A stretch of DNA of 64,000 nucleotides from Selaginella moellendorffii (lineage: Eukaryota > Plantae > Lycopodiophyta): the NCBI RefSeq assembly GCF_000143415.4, contig NW_003314370.1:124001-188000 (forward strand), in the 5' to 3' direction. The notes below the pieces were generated by a model. It saw nothing but the letters and a program-made list of their open reading frames with translations. It was not told the DNA's origin and made no database searches. The position numbers and the translations under genes are program-made. Shown here piece by piece: positions 12,248 to 24,373 of the stretch. How positions within the stretch are numbered: position 1 is the stretch's first letter; every line of letters starts with the position of its first letter.

Positions 12248-13954
12248 ATGCCGGTATCATCAATCCGGCACCAAAATCTCTCCTCGATCGAGGAAGTGGT
12301 GCGGCGGCTGGAGGAGGAACCCACTGCCGCCGGCGACGACGCATACCGATTCGCGCAGCTGCTGCGCCTGTGCGGCCGATCCAAATCTCTAGCTCATGGC
12401 AGCCGCGTCCACGCCCAGATCCTTCTCCGCTCGTGCGGCCGCTGCTCCACATTCCTCGCCAATCTCGTCGTCCAGATGTATGGGCGCTGCGGCGAGCTCT
12501 CCCGCGCGCGCGAGGCATTCGACGCGATCGAAGAGCCCAATCTCTTCTCGTGGGCGATCCTCATGGCGGCCTACGTGCTCAATGGCCGCGACCGCGCGGC
12601 GCTGCGATTGTTTCGCGCGATGGACCAGCAAGGGATCCCGGCCGAGAGCGCGACGCTCGTGAGCGCCATAGGCGCAATCGCGGGGATCGGCGATCTGGCT
12701 CTGGCCAGGGCAATCGAGGTGCGCGTCCGGGGAACTGTCCTCGACAGGACCATCGTGGCGGGCGGCGCACGATCGGACGTGATCGTGGAGACTGCGATGA
12801 TCAACATGTTTAGCAAGTGTGGGGCAGTGATCGAGGCGCTCGCAGTGTTTGATCGGATCCAGGATCGCAATCTGGTATCGTGGAACGCGATGATCGCAGC
12901 ATTTGCCCAGAACGGGCATCGCAGGGAGGCAATGGAGCTCTACCGGAGAATGGAGGAGGAAGGGATCCGGGCCGATGAGAGCACTTATCCGAGTGTTCTT
13001 GGGGCGTGCCAGAGCTTGGCGGAGGGGCGATTGATTCACGCCAGGATTTGCAGCGCGGGGCTGGAGCTGGATGTCGTGGTGGGATCGGCGCTGGTGAGCA
13101 TGCATGGGCGATTCGGCGCGCTGGAAGCCGCGCGGGATGTGTTTGATCGAATGGAGCACAAGAACGTAATCACCTGGTGCGCGATGATCTCTGCGTATGC
13201 GCAGAATGGGCATCCCAGGCAAGCGCTGGATTGCTTCGCGAGGATGGGCAAGATCAAGCCCAACTCGGTGACGTTCTTGGCGGTTCTTGAGGCCTGCTCG
13301 CTTCTGGGCGATCTGGAAATCGGGAGAGGGGTTCACGGGCAGATCGTGGAGGCTGGATTCGATGGCGAAGAGAATGTGAGCAATGCGCTCATCAACATGT
13401 ATGGGAAGTGTGGGAGCTGGAGCGATGCGAGAGTGGTGTTTGATGCCGCCAGAAGGTCTTCTCTCCGGAGGAACACGGTGGTGTCTTGGAATTCGATGAT
13501 AGAGGCTTATGCCCAGCTTGGGCATGCCAATGAGGCAGTGGAGGTATTCCAGGAGATGCGCTTGGATGGAACCAAGCCGGATCAAGTGACGTTCCTGGAG
13601 ATGATGTTTGCTTGCAGCCATGCCGGATTGGTGGAGCAAGGGATCTTTTGCTTCTTGTCCATGGTTAGAGACGAGAGGTTGACACCGAGTGGTGATCACT
13701 GGAGGAGTTTGGTGGATCTTTTGGGAAGAGCTGGATGGATTCGAGGGGCGGAACAAGTGGTGAAGGATATGGCTGGCAGTGCTGATCCTGTGGCTTGGAC
13801 TACATTAATTGGTTCTTGTATGATTCATGGCAGAACAGATCACGGGGTTTGTATTGCAGAGGGTGTTTTGGCAGGGGGTAATAAGGCTCATGTTGGAGCT
13901 CCGTATGCTTTAATATCCAACATATATTCTTCCAAAACTCCAAGACTATCTTGA
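12248..13954 (+). CDS. PLS-class PPR protein with E domain, no DYW
   Basis: Intronless ORF; P-L-S triplets (MYGRCG, VSWNAMIAAFAQNG); ACSHAG; LGRAG E motif; first ATG at 12248. Confidence 0.92.
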   Translation: MPVSSIRHQNLSSIEEVVRRLEEEPTAAGDDAYRFAQLLRLCGRSKSLAHGSRVHAQILLRSCGRCSTFLANLVVQMYGRCGELSRAREAFDAIEEPNLFSWAILMAAYVLNGRDRAALRLFRAMDQQGIPAESATLVSAIGAIAGIGDLALARAIEVRVRGTVLDRTIVAGGARSDVIVETAMINMFSKCGAVIEALAVFDRIQDRNLVSWNAMIAAFAQNGHRREAMELYRRMEEEGIRADESTYPSVLGACQSLAEGRLIHARICSAGLELDVVVGSALVSMHGRFGALEAARDVFDRMEHKNVITWCAMISAYAQNGHPRQALDCFARMGKIKPNSVTFLAVLEACSLLGDLEIGRGVHGQIVEAGFDGEENVSNALINMYGKCGSWSDARVVFDAARRSSLRRNTVVSWNSMIEAYAQLGHANEAVEVFQEMRLDGTKPDQVTFLEMMFACSHAGLVEQGIFCFLSMVRDERLTPSGDHWRSLVDLLGRAGWIRGAEQVVKDMAGSADPVAWTTLIGSCMIHGRTDHGVCIAEGVLAGGNKAHVGAPYALISNIYSSKTPRLS

Positions 13955-15554
13955 GTAGGTTTGTTTAAGTAAGAAAATTAATGTTAAACAGTAATTATGA
14001 ACTTCTAGATTAGAGAATATACTAAATATCTTAGGTATATTCTTTACCTCCTATAGGTTTTAAGAATGGGTGTGTTTATAATAAAAGGTAAAACTAAATG
14101 CTATGCTTATTATAAATACTATACTTCTAAAACTTTTAGCAGGTAAGTAGCATGCTCTTAAGAACATTCACTTTAATGGTTAGATAATTTAGCTGGCAAG
14201 TTGGAGTAAATATTATAAGGACGAATATAAACAAATAAATGAAATATAGTCAATTACTGAGATTAACAAAGAGCTGTGAGATGGGACTATATACCACTAC
14301 CCACTAACTCTCTATAGTTGGCTTTTAATAAAATTTTATCCATGGTTTTGATTTTAGATGTATAAGTAATTATATTGCTTCGCAGCAATCCTGGTTTTCT
14401 GTATAAATGTTTTTAGATAATGTACATTAAAATATATGAAATATAATACAATATCGAAAAGGCATTAAGAAATGCTAAATTAAGTGAAGCTTTGACAGCC
14501 CATGGAATGTCTGCTTACAAGAGCTTTGCTTCTACATGGCAGCCAAGTACTTTACACAATGTGTTGAAACTCTGTGACATACCTAAAGTCTACACCATCT
14601 TCCCACTTTTGAAGCAATCTATGCTATCTCACTCTCCCAGTAGCAATTCAATTAGCTATGGTAGTTAGAAAGAGATCCAAGAAGAATAATGCTATAAAGT
14701 GTAAATGCTTAGTCCAACACAGAAATCTCATATACTCTCTTAAAATTGTTATTAATCTTTGTGAACTTACCTAAGAAGCAATGTTAAATAAAGAATGTTA
14801 AAACTAGAGTGCTTAAGTTGGTTGCCACCCTGTGGCAGTAGGTAGGGGGTGAGCATAGCAAGCCATCCAAGCACACAGCCTTAACTCCATCATTTAGAAG
14901 ATCCTAGTAGCAATTGTTTGAATTTCATCCCATCCTCATAACTGATAAGAACTCCTAATCCACGAAAGAGAAAAGGGAGAAAGGCTTTCCCTTACAAGTG
15001 GCTGAAGAACTTAGGCTGTGCCATGAAATTAAGAATTTTAAAACCAGATTAAATAGGAGAGCTTTAAGGCTTGTCTTTTGCCACTATACCGCAAATAAGC
15101 TAGTAGCCTTATAGCTGATCATAACTCTTTCTTTCCCTCACAAATGGCTGTCAAAAGAATCTCTTGCTGTGTATGTGGCAAGCCTTCTCAACCTCTCCAG
15201 AAAGTCCCCTAGCTCAGAAACTGATTGATCTGTATGATGAAAGCCCCTGCAAGTTAAAAGCTGAGAACAAAGCCTAGAACTAAGACTTTTGTCTTTCTTG
15301 GGGTGGCAAATATTATGGAGGGAGATAGAATTTTTGAATTCATAGAACTGTGGATCTTGTTTTCCTGTAAAAGATAAAATCAATCTTAGCCATTGCTTAC
15401 GATATCACTTGGGCAAACCACAACTATGTAAGAGGACTGGTGAACCTGTTCCCAGAAGATATAATGCTATTGGATTGTTGTCTCACATTTCAAAATAGAC
15501 AACATAGATACCTTGCAGATGAGAGTCAAAGAAACAACCAGCATAAACCAAGTT

Positions 15555-17264
15555 TTAACAGCTCAACCTTTGCATATGCAGAGTTTTTTTGGGTAATGAA
15601 TAGATGTTTCCAAGCAATACATATGCATATCCAGCACCATCATTGCTCATGACAAAGAGAGATTTCGCGGCATTTTCAGCATGCTGGAGATTACTCGAAC
15701 TTCTGCAAGCTCCAAGCAAACAGGTCCACTCAAGAACATCAGGCACAAATGGCATCAGTGTGATGAGTTCCTTAGCACTGTCAATGTGTCCTGCTCGTCC
15801 TAGCAAATCAATCATACAGCAGTAGTGCTGTCTTGTAGGCTCAACTTTGTAATCTATGATCATTGAGAGGAACCACTGCCGGCCAGCCTCCATCTTGCCA
15901 ATGTAATTACAAGCTCCAAAGATGGCAACAAAACATACAGAATCAGGGCACTCAATCAACCGGAACAAATCCAGGACTTCAAAGACCCTCAAGAAATGAC
16001 CTGTGAGTGAGTATCCACTGAGCATAGCTCCCCAAGATGCTATGTTTCGCTCTGGCATCGTCTCTAGAACTTTTCTTGCCAGATCCAAGTGCCCATTGTG
16101 AGCATAGGCATAGATCATCACACTCCAGCAAGCTACATCCCTCTCGTGGATCTTGTGAAACATCTCCAGGGCTTCCTTGAGCTGCGAGTTCTGGGCATAC
16201 GCATCTAGCATCGCATTGCAGCATATCTGATTTAGCTGAGGTATCCGGTCAAAAAGATGCTTCGCATTTTCAAGATGCCCATTCCGGGTATACGCAGCGA
16301 GCATGGCCGTCCACGTCACGATGTCCCGCTGTGGCATCTCATCGAACAAAACCCGGGCATCGTCAACGCGGTCCTCCTCCGTCAACACGGTCAGCATTGT
16401 AGTCCACGTCATCAGATCCCTGTACGGCATGCTCTCAAACAAGACCTTCGCATCGTTATGATGCCCATTCTGCGCATATGCCGCTAGCATTGACGACCAC
16501 GATACCATGTTTCTTTCTGGCATATCCTCAAACACGCGCTTAGCACCATCGATTTGTCCCTTTTGTCCATATACAGATATCATCGCCGACCAACACACGC
16601 AATCGCGCTGTGGAATGGAATCAAACATAGATTTAGCACTCTCAAGATACCCAAGCCGCGCATATGCTGTTAGCATTGCCGTCCAGGAAACAATATCCCG
16701 CTGTGGCATGTCACAAAAGATACCCTTCGCCTCCTGGAGATGCCCTGAGCGGGTATATGCCGTTAGCATCCCTGTCCACGACACGAGATCCCTTTCAGGC
16801 AGCGTGTCAAACATCTCCTTCGCATCTTGGAGATGCCCTGTGTGGGAATATGCCCCGGCGATGGCATTGAAGGAGATGAGATCGTGGACAGGCATGTCGT
16901 CAAAGACTCTCTTACTGTCATGAAGATGCCCGGTTTGGGCATACACCGCGACCATTGCATTGTAGGAGACGAGATTTGGCTCTGGCATCTCGCGGAAGAT
17001 CTGCTGCGCTTCCTCGAGGTGGCGATTTCGCGTGCAGGCGCAGAGCATGAGAACCCACGAGTAGGAGTTCTTCTCACGAATCGCATCAAAGACTTGCGAG
17101 GCGTGCTTGACGCTGCCGCATTTGCCATACATCTCGACGAGCTTGTTGAGGAGGAAGGTGTCGAGATCGATGTGAGGGGAGGACTCGATTCGAGAGTGGA
17201 GCTCCCTGGCGGCGCTCAAGCTCCTACAAGACTGCACTAGATGGAGGCATTCCCGCCTGTCCAT
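15555..17264 (-). CDS. PLS-class PPR protein with long 31-aa S-repeat array and E domain, no DYW
   Basis: Intronless ORF; repeated MPxRDxVSWxxMLxAYxxxGH; HYCCMIDLLGRAG..MPFVPD..WTCLLGAC. Confidence 0.92.
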   Translation of the reverse strand: MDRRECLHLVQSCRSLSAARELHSRIESSPHIDLDTFLLNKLVEMYGKCGSVKHASQVFDAIREKNSYSWVLMLCACTRNRHLEEAQQIFREMPEPNLVSYNAMVAVYAQTGHLHDSKRVFDDMPVHDLISFNAIAGAYSHTGHLQDAKEMFDTLPERDLVSWTGMLTAYTRSGHLQEAKGIFCDMPQRDIVSWTAMLTAYARLGYLESAKSMFDSIPQRDCVCWSAMISVYGQKGQIDGAKRVFEDMPERNMVSWSSMLAAYAQNGHHNDAKVLFESMPYRDLMTWTTMLTVLTEEDRVDDARVLFDEMPQRDIVTWTAMLAAYTRNGHLENAKHLFDRIPQLNQICCNAMLDAYAQNSQLKEALEMFHKIHERDVACWSVMIYAYAHNGHLDLARKVLETMPERNIASWGAMLSGYSLTGHFLRVFEVLDLFRLIECPDSVCFVAIFGACNYIGKMEAGRQWFLSMIIDYKVEPTRQHYCCMIDLLGRAGHIDSAKELITLMPFVPDVLEWTCLLGACRSSSNLQHAENAAKSLFVMSNDGAGYAYVLLGNIYSLPKKTLHMQRLSC

Positions 17265-17678
17265 CACCCACGAACCCTAACCCTAACGGTCTGAACTCCA
17301 TGTCTCGGGAAAGGGAAATCCCCCAACGGTTTGATATGAAGGCTTTTGCGCGGCGTCAGGCGTCCTTGGATGCCATCGTTGTCGCTCAATCAATGCTGGA
17401 AGGAGCTTAAGCTTTTCGATCCATGGTTATGAACGATGATCCGAGAGAGAATGTGGTTATATGCGATAATCTGAGAGCGAATAGAACACGAGAGATTATT
17501 TTTCGCGAGTCGAGCATTTGGTGACCGCCCCTCGGCTCTGTCTCGCCTGTAAAAAATCGGTCACGCAGCCACGGGAGGCCTGGCGACTCTCACCGATCCA
17601 CCAGAGTATAAAACCCAATATCACATTCATTCACTTCCATCCATCACTCCTTTCTCTTCCTTCATCGAGTTCTTAGTT

Positions 17679-18493
17679 ATGGGGACTAACGCCAGGACGC
17701 CTTGGGCTCTGTGCATCACGCTCGTCCTCCTTTTCTCGGCCAATGCGGGATCCAGCCAGGAGTTTGCCACCGATCCATTCGGCGCGAGCGCGCAGCTCGG
17801 CGGCGATGCCACCGCTACTTCGGTGGATTCCTCCAACAGCCTTGGCGGCGGACTGGGTGGCTTACTAGGAGGCGGCGGCGGCGGTGGTGGAAGCGGCGGA
17901 TTTGGTGGCCTCGGCGGTGGCGGAGGATGCTCCAGCAAGTAAGCTCTAGTTCTTTCCCAAGATCTGTCACTCTCCAGGTCAAATCCCCATTGTCAGTTAG
18001 CAGAGGATAGTTCCCCCAAAACAGAGCTTCCTTGCCCAAATCCTCGATCTAGAGAGGACGCCTCCAAACAGAGCACTCCTTCCTTCTTCCTCGAATCAAT
18101 CCTTCCGATTGATTGACAATTGCAAGAACTAAGCGTCACTCCCGATTGAATTGCAGCTACTGGGCGCAGCATCCAAACTCGTGGCCCAACCTCCTCACGA
18201 TCTACACCACGGTGACGCAAGTCCTCGGCCAGGTCGCGTACACGATCTTCGGCGGCCCCACGACGCTCCTGGGCGCGCTCCAGAACCAGTCCACCGATGC
18301 CTACTCGTCGCTCCTCCGCGAGGCCACCGCCGCGCTCCTCAACTCCTACTCGCGCCCCGGCTTCCAGTACTCGCCCTCCGCCATACGCACCGCCTTCCAA
18401 TCCTCGCTCCACAGCCAGCGATCGGCGGCGTACCAGGCGGCGCTCTTCCGCCACGCAAACTCTGGCTATGGCGCCGATTCCTCGTGCTCCTAG
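17679..18493 (+). CDS. PDF1: Protodermal factor 1-like secreted cell-wall protein (Gly-rich N-half)
   Basis: Exon 1 17679-17938 (signal peptide, poly-Gly); exon 2 18157-18493 with C..NYW..HP..WP...LLGAL.N...Y.SLLREATAALLNSY...AA.QA.LF..AN, the PDF1/meiosis-5 C-terminal domain. Confidence 0.8.
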
Positions 18494-18671
18494 ACCCAAG
18501 GAGGAAGAAGGCGGGTTAGCAGCTAACTCATGATTAAGCCTAATAAGCATGATTAGTTATCCGTATGAGTGATTTTTCGTTGGTGTTGTCGAGGAAGCCC
18601 ATGATTGAAATGCGCAAGTAGTGATTAATCATGCGCCTAATTTGTGCCTAGTACAGATGATTAGGGGCTAA

Positions 18672-19254
18672 TCACCCGAGGTCCTGGCACGAGCATGTCC
18701 AGACGGCGTGCTGGCCAAACGCGCGCCCGCCTTGCAAGAAGCGCGGCCGGGCAATGCAGCGTCCATGGCAGCTCCCGCCGCAAACGTTTTGGCATTGCGG
18801 CGGCCTCGAGCCCGGATGTCGGCTGCTCAGGATCTCCGCCTCGGTGCTCTTGCTCTTTTGTTTTGCCAATCGACGAGGCCGATCGATCGATCGATCGAGA
18901 CGACAGTAGAAATCGAGTCGAGAAGAAGGCCGAGAGAATGAAAATGAAACCCAGTGAGTGATTGATGGAAAGCTTCAATCCGAAAGAAAATACTAGTACG
19001 TACCTGACTATAGCTCGTTTGCCCGAGGAGATCATCCAATGAGGGACTAGCGCTTGAGCCTGGATTGAGACAGCATGGATTAGCGAGATGGTTTTCTATG
19101 TTGCGGAGATAGAACACTTACCGTGCTCATCGCCCAGTTCTTCCATGCTCAGCAGCCACCGATAGCGATGAGCTCTTGATCCAGACGCGATCATCGACAC
19201 CAGCACGACCCACAAGAAAACGATGCAGCGATTTCGATGAGAGGCCAGCAACAT
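18672..19254 (-). CDS. EPFL: EPIDERMAL PATTERNING FACTOR-like cysteine-rich secreted peptide (3 exons)
   Basis: Exons 19254-19122, 19059-19004 and 18854-18672 join in frame via GT-AG introns; signal peptide MLLASHRNRCIVFLWVVLVSMIASGSRA; mature GSRPPQCQNVCGGSCHGRC...WTCSC (6 Cys). Confidence 0.75.
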
Positions 19255-19789
19255 ATCCAAGCGCGCAGGCTCTTGCTCGAAAGCCGACCGACCGACCGAT
19301 CGAATCGAATCGACCTAGACAAGTGCAAGAAAGAAAAGCGGAAGGGAGAAATCCGACAGGCCAAACGAAAGCAAAGCTCGAAGCGAGCAAGAAGATTTTC
19401 AATGCGACCAAAAGTGGCTATTCTCGCAAGCTACATCCGTTTAAAGTGTGGGGAGGAGGATATTCCCGTACATACGACAGCATCTTGTGACAGTACTCCT
19501 CATCGTCGTTTTTGCGTGTGATGCCGTGCATGGCACAGCACGCCCCTCGGCCAGCTTAAAGCTCTCTTGGTCTAATCCAGCCGTATAACTGCATTACCAT
19601 TTCTACGCAGTCGTATAGAATAGACCGTACTTTCTACAGCTTTGTAGTTGCATTTGCAGCGCAGTGATGAATCCAAATCACGGGTCATTTCGTGGCACCG
19701 ACGCGGGCGCACGCATTCATTCCCGCTATGGCGGCTTAAAGCGCGATTAGTTTGGCTGTTAAGCATGTATATAATCTCTTCCAGAAGCT

Positions 19790-19982
19790 TTGGAAGAACG
19801 TTGAACACTTTGTCAACGATGGTCAACAGGTCAATTAACTTGGGAGGTGAAATAGTTTATAGAAGAGCGTTGACCATTTTGTCAATGCCTGTCGATACTT
19901 TGGAAGAGCGTTGACCGTTTTGTCAATGCCTGGCCAGCATGTTTAACCATTTTGCATGCTTTGTCATTTAGAAACTTTGACT
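19790..19982. promoter_or_regulatory. W-box cluster built on a roughly 41-bp tandem repeat
   Basis: TTGACC/T or GGTCAA at 19821, 19829, 19870, 19911 and 19977, plus three TGTCAA cores; gaagagcgttgacc.ttttgtcaatgcctg occurs twice. Confidence 0.55.
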
Positions 19983-20122
19983 TTGCGTAGATGAGAAATC
20001 TGTGCGAGCTTTGGATCTGGGAAGAACTTATTTTATGGAAGCTCTGCGAGTGGTCTTGGAGGAGCCTCCGGCTTTGGGCGGCGCATCTGGAAGAAAGAAA
20101 ATGGAAGAGAGAAAAATTCTCG

Positions 20123-20943
20123 TCAAGAAGCGAGGAATTGCGTACCTCCAGCGAGCTTGTTAGATCGCTGAGATGGAGGGACGAGAGATTTTCTTTGCTC
20201 GCTCTTCCTCACGGAGCCCCTGGCCATGGAGCTCCTCGCCCCCCCGGACGACGAGTCGATCGACGCAGTGTCCTCTGGCGGCCGCGGCGGAGAGATCTTC
20301 TGGATCATCTCTGGCGGCAGCACAGTCCCTTCGCTAAATCTCCTCACCGGCGAGCCCTTTCGATCGTAGAGCTTGGGCGATCCACCCTGGGGAGCGAGCG
20401 GTTGCCCCGGCGCGACAGTGATCGTCGCTCTCCTGGGCTTGTCCGGCTTGGATTCCACCGCCTTGATCGCCGCCGGCTTCACTGGGCTGGGCGGCTGCTC
20501 CAGCGGTGGCTGCTCCTCTTGGATCGGCGGCGCTGGCGGTGGCGACACCTCCTTTGGCCGCTGCTTGACGGGGAGAACGCATCGAGCCCAGGTATCGAGC
20601 GGCGGCAACACTGGCTCCTGGGGAACGATCCACTCCTCTGGTACCCTACCTTGGACGATTGGATCGTCCCAGCTCTCCATCCGCGGCACCAATCCCACGC
20701 TCACCATATGAACCATCTGGAAATCCCAGGGCCAGGGGACATTGGAGCTGGATCAAAGGCGAGAGAGAGAGAGAGAGAGGAGAGATTGCTTACCCCGGCC
20801 ATGGTTCTCGCCACGGCGTGAGAGATTATGCAAGGAAAGTAGACCTTGTCCTTGAGATATAGATCGAAATTCCCCCACAGCACCTCCATTGCGTAGTTGA
20901 CGCACTCGTCGCGCTGCGCCGGCGTGTCCTTCTTCGGCGCCAT
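20123..20943 (-). CDS. C2orf81/DUF4639-like protein, 2 exons, 247 aa
   Basis: Exon 1 20943-20794, 77-nt GTAAG..CAG intron, exon 2 20716-20123; F.LYL...FP.IIS.A and W...EP..PP.DTWAR.VLPV resemble the remembered C2orf81 core. Confidence 0.6.
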
Positions 20944-21058
20944 GAGCCCTAGATTCGAAGCATATTCTTACGCGTTTAAACATTGGCGCCGAGGTACAAA
21001 ATTTCAAATTTTGAGAAGTTTTCCATCGAGAGAAAAAGATTTGTAGCATTTGAGGCAA

Positions 21059-22617
21059 CTAGATCACCATCGAAATGCTGTGCTTCATTCCAAACCGCGA
21101 CAACCACTGTACAATCTCACGCATCGGCGGCCGCGTCTCTGGATCTTTCCTCACGCAGCGATGGGCGATGGAGGCCAGTTTCGCCAGCTCTTGGAGGTTG
21201 CAATTCCCGTTTAGTCGGGAGTCCAGCAGCTCGATCCAGTCGGAGTTTTCTTCGTCCACACCCAGGGAGGCCTGCGAGAGAGAGTAAATCTGCGATGAAT
21301 CAAAACAACAAGGACAATGGGAGTTACCATTTGGACGTAGTCCATGAGGCCGTGCTGTGGATGCCTGCCTGACATGAGCTCGAACAGAAGAACTCCAAAG
21401 CTGTAGACATCGCTCTTCTCGTTGAAAACTTTGGTGAAGATGTACTCGGGATCGGTGTAGCCAAATGTGCCTTTGATTCCCGAGGTTGGGACTACTGGAC
21501 TCACTTCCTTGGAAAGTCCAAAATCTGCTACCTGAAAGAATTTTTGGAGAGTCTATCAACAACAAAAGTGGAAAAAGAAAAGAACTTGACATACCCGGGC
21601 TGTCATTGAATTGTCTAGAAGAATGTTAGCGGACTTGATATCTCTATGGATCACTGGTGGAACTGCCTATAGAAACAACTTCATGAGATTTTTGAATCGA
21701 GAACTTCAATTGTAGTTACCCCGTCGTGCAGATACTCAATGCCCCGAGAAACGTCCTTCGCGATTTGCACTCGCTCAGACCAGCTCAAAGCTTCCCTCTT
21801 GTCATCTGATAATACAATTGATCACGCTGAGAAAATTACAAAAGAGACACTTACTGTACAGTAGTTTTTCCAAACTCCCGTTGCTCATATACTCATAGAC
21901 GAGCATACGTTCTCGGCGATCGGTACAGTAGCCGACTAAGTTTACGAGGTTTTTGTGATGCAATCGTCCTAGCAAGCTCACCTGACAGATACAAAGATTA
22001 CAAACGAAAGGACGAAGGTTTTTTTTACCTCGGTTTGAAACTCTCTCTCTCCTTGCTTGGAAGTGGAAGAAAGAACCTTCACAGCTAAACGAGTTGGAGA
22101 AGATGGAGATGGCGTTGCCTTGTAAACAGGACCAAATGCCCCACTTCCCACTAGAGTTGTAAAGTTTTTGGTAGCCCTTTGGATCTCCCTGTGCAAAAAA
22201 TTAAAGCAAGAAAAGAGAGTCAACGAAAGCTTGCGGCAAATTCCAGGAGAAATTCGCTAGGCTAGCTCGCGCGGGAGGAACTCACTTGTAAGAAAACTTT
22301 GTAATGCCGGGATGGAAGACGGTTGCTGGTTTGGGATGCCAGAGCTCCACCGCGTGGTGGTCGTGATTGGTGCTGAATTGATCGGAGAGAATGGTGCTAG
22401 AATCGAGCCCATTCATGCGAATGGGTGCTGCTGGCTCGCGGAGCTCCGGAACACTCCGCGATTTGGCCTTGCCCTTCCTCCTCGACAGCACACAGGCGAC
22501 TACAGTGATCAAGAACAGTAGGCCGGCCGCGGCAGCGAGGGAGAGTCCCACAATCACGGGGATCGAGTGGCCGCCAGAGCTGCTGGCGCGAGAATTCGAG
22601 GGAGGAGGAGAGGACAT
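21059..22617 (-). CDS. CRLK1: Calcium/calmodulin-regulated receptor-like kinase (CRLK1/2-like), multi-exon
   Basis: N-terminal TM helix; NG.DS..I.SD; [31 protein letters not shown]; [10 protein letters not shown]; DFG; [10 protein letters not shown]; KSDVYSFGV. Confidence 0.88.
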
Positions 22618-22915
22618 CTCGAAATTTCTCCCTTGCCCGGGATGGATGATGGATTACTGCTCGAGCCGGCCCCGATCATTGACCCTGTCAAGAGAATTCC
22701 TGGAGAAGCAGCGAAGCGCGGCCATGGTCGTCCTTGTGATTTAGTTCGAAGGCGCCGTGCCCTAAAACTTGTCGCGCATTCCCGCGTCTCGACAAAGCCA
22801 AAGATAAAAGGAAAGATCCATTTCCATTCTTAATGACCCAACGTACGGACGCTCTCTTGCACGGAAGAACTTAGGGTTTATGCTGGAGCACGGTCCATTC
22901 CATCCCGGGGCGGCG

Positions 22916-24040
22916 ATGATCGGCAGGATCGCGTTGCGAACGACGAGGCAGCTCCAGAATGGGTCTTTGATCGCTGGCGCTGCCAATGCGCGACACTGCT
23001 GGAAGGTTTCGGCGTTTCTACGGGATGGAGAAGGTACGCTTGGATTTTCCGCTGGGCGTTGTTTACTGGGAAATTTTTCTCCCAGGGCCTAGCATTTTCC
23101 GGAGGCCATTCCAGCATAGCCAGGCACAGGTATCCATTGTTTCTCACCGATTTTATGTTTTTTTTTCTATCTTGGTTTTTATGATCGATCGATGATTGGA
23201 ATGTAGAATATATCGATGAGCCGGATTTTCCGAGAGGACGATGTTCCAGTAAAATCTCCTCTAGCGGAGACTCCAACTTCCCCGGAAGCGGCTGGTGCTA
23301 GCTTCGAAGTGACTGCCACTCCAAAGCCCCCAAAGCCAAAGCCAAAGACTGTGAGAGCAATGCTGAGAGAAATACCTCAGGTTCGTTTCATTGTCTTGTT
23401 CTTTGGTTTACAGCATGAACTCTCTCACTTTTTTTTCTTTTCTTACGTTTTTTTAGAGCCCCAAGAAGATGAACCTCGTAGCAAAGGTTGTCCGAGGCAT
23501 GCGAGTGAATGACGCTCTTATACAAATGAGCGTTCTAATCAAGCGTGCTGCCAGTACCGTTTACAAGGTAAAATTGCTTCCTTTTTCTTTTAACGAATCC
23601 TATTCTTTCGATACTCATAGCGTTCGTTGTCCAGGTTTTGCATTCTGCTCGTGCCAATGCGGTCCATAACTATGGCTTCGACGCTGAAAAGCTCATAGTC
23701 GGTAGGCCATCACACCTTGCGTCTAACAGCCGCTCACCGAATATTTTGTTTGTTGTCATTAGACGAGGCCTTCGTCGGCAAAGGGAAGTATTTGAAACGT
23801 ATATGGCCACACGCGAGGGGCAGATTTGGCATCCGGGAGAAGAAACGGTGTAGATTGACGGTGCTTCTCCGAGAGATGACTCCCAAGGAAGAGATCTTAC
23901 TGGAAAAGTTACGCGAGAAACAAAAGCGAGGGAAGTACATCTACAGAACGAAGCTGCTACCTCATCGGCTGACGGAAACGAGATGGTGCGAGCCGGGAGA
24001 GAAAAGAAAGGATCTTGCCATGCAGACTTCGAGCTACTAG
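22916..24040 (+). CDS. RPL22: Mitochondrial-type ribosomal protein uL22, multi-exon
   Basis: SPKKMNLVAKVVRGMRVNDAL...SARANA...EAFVGKGKYLKRIWPHARGR; Arg-rich presequence; alternative ATG at 22880; telo-box at 22871. Confidence 0.88.
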
Positions 24041-24373
24041 AAACGGTTCAACATGATCCTGAGTATAAGTGAGTAGTGCTGGTTACGTAACGGAATGATA
24101 CTTTGTTTTCTTCCTTGCTGCAAAAATCAACGTTTTCTTCGTGGCGTATAGCAGGATAAAACCAGGGGGTAAAAAGCAGGATGGAAGAACAGTAAAACCG
24201 AGTGGTGGAAACAGGATCAACAAGTTGACTCCGTGAGCTTCAAGCGAAAAGAAATCCCAGATCTCTCTGCTATTCAAGAAGAATCGCAAACAACAGGTGG
24301 ATCTTCCGAAAGTCCAAGAAGAATTGCTACTCCGACGAACAAACAAACAAACATGGACGAGAGTGGACGACTC

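Noticed and set aside
15138-15550. Possible extra exons downstream of the - strand PPR
   Set aside because: One implied intron is only 36 nt and the peptide has no DYW (HxE, CxxC) motif.
17273-17286. aaccctaaccctaa as an interstitial telomere
   Set aside because: Only two units directly upstream of a start codon; better read as a telo-box.
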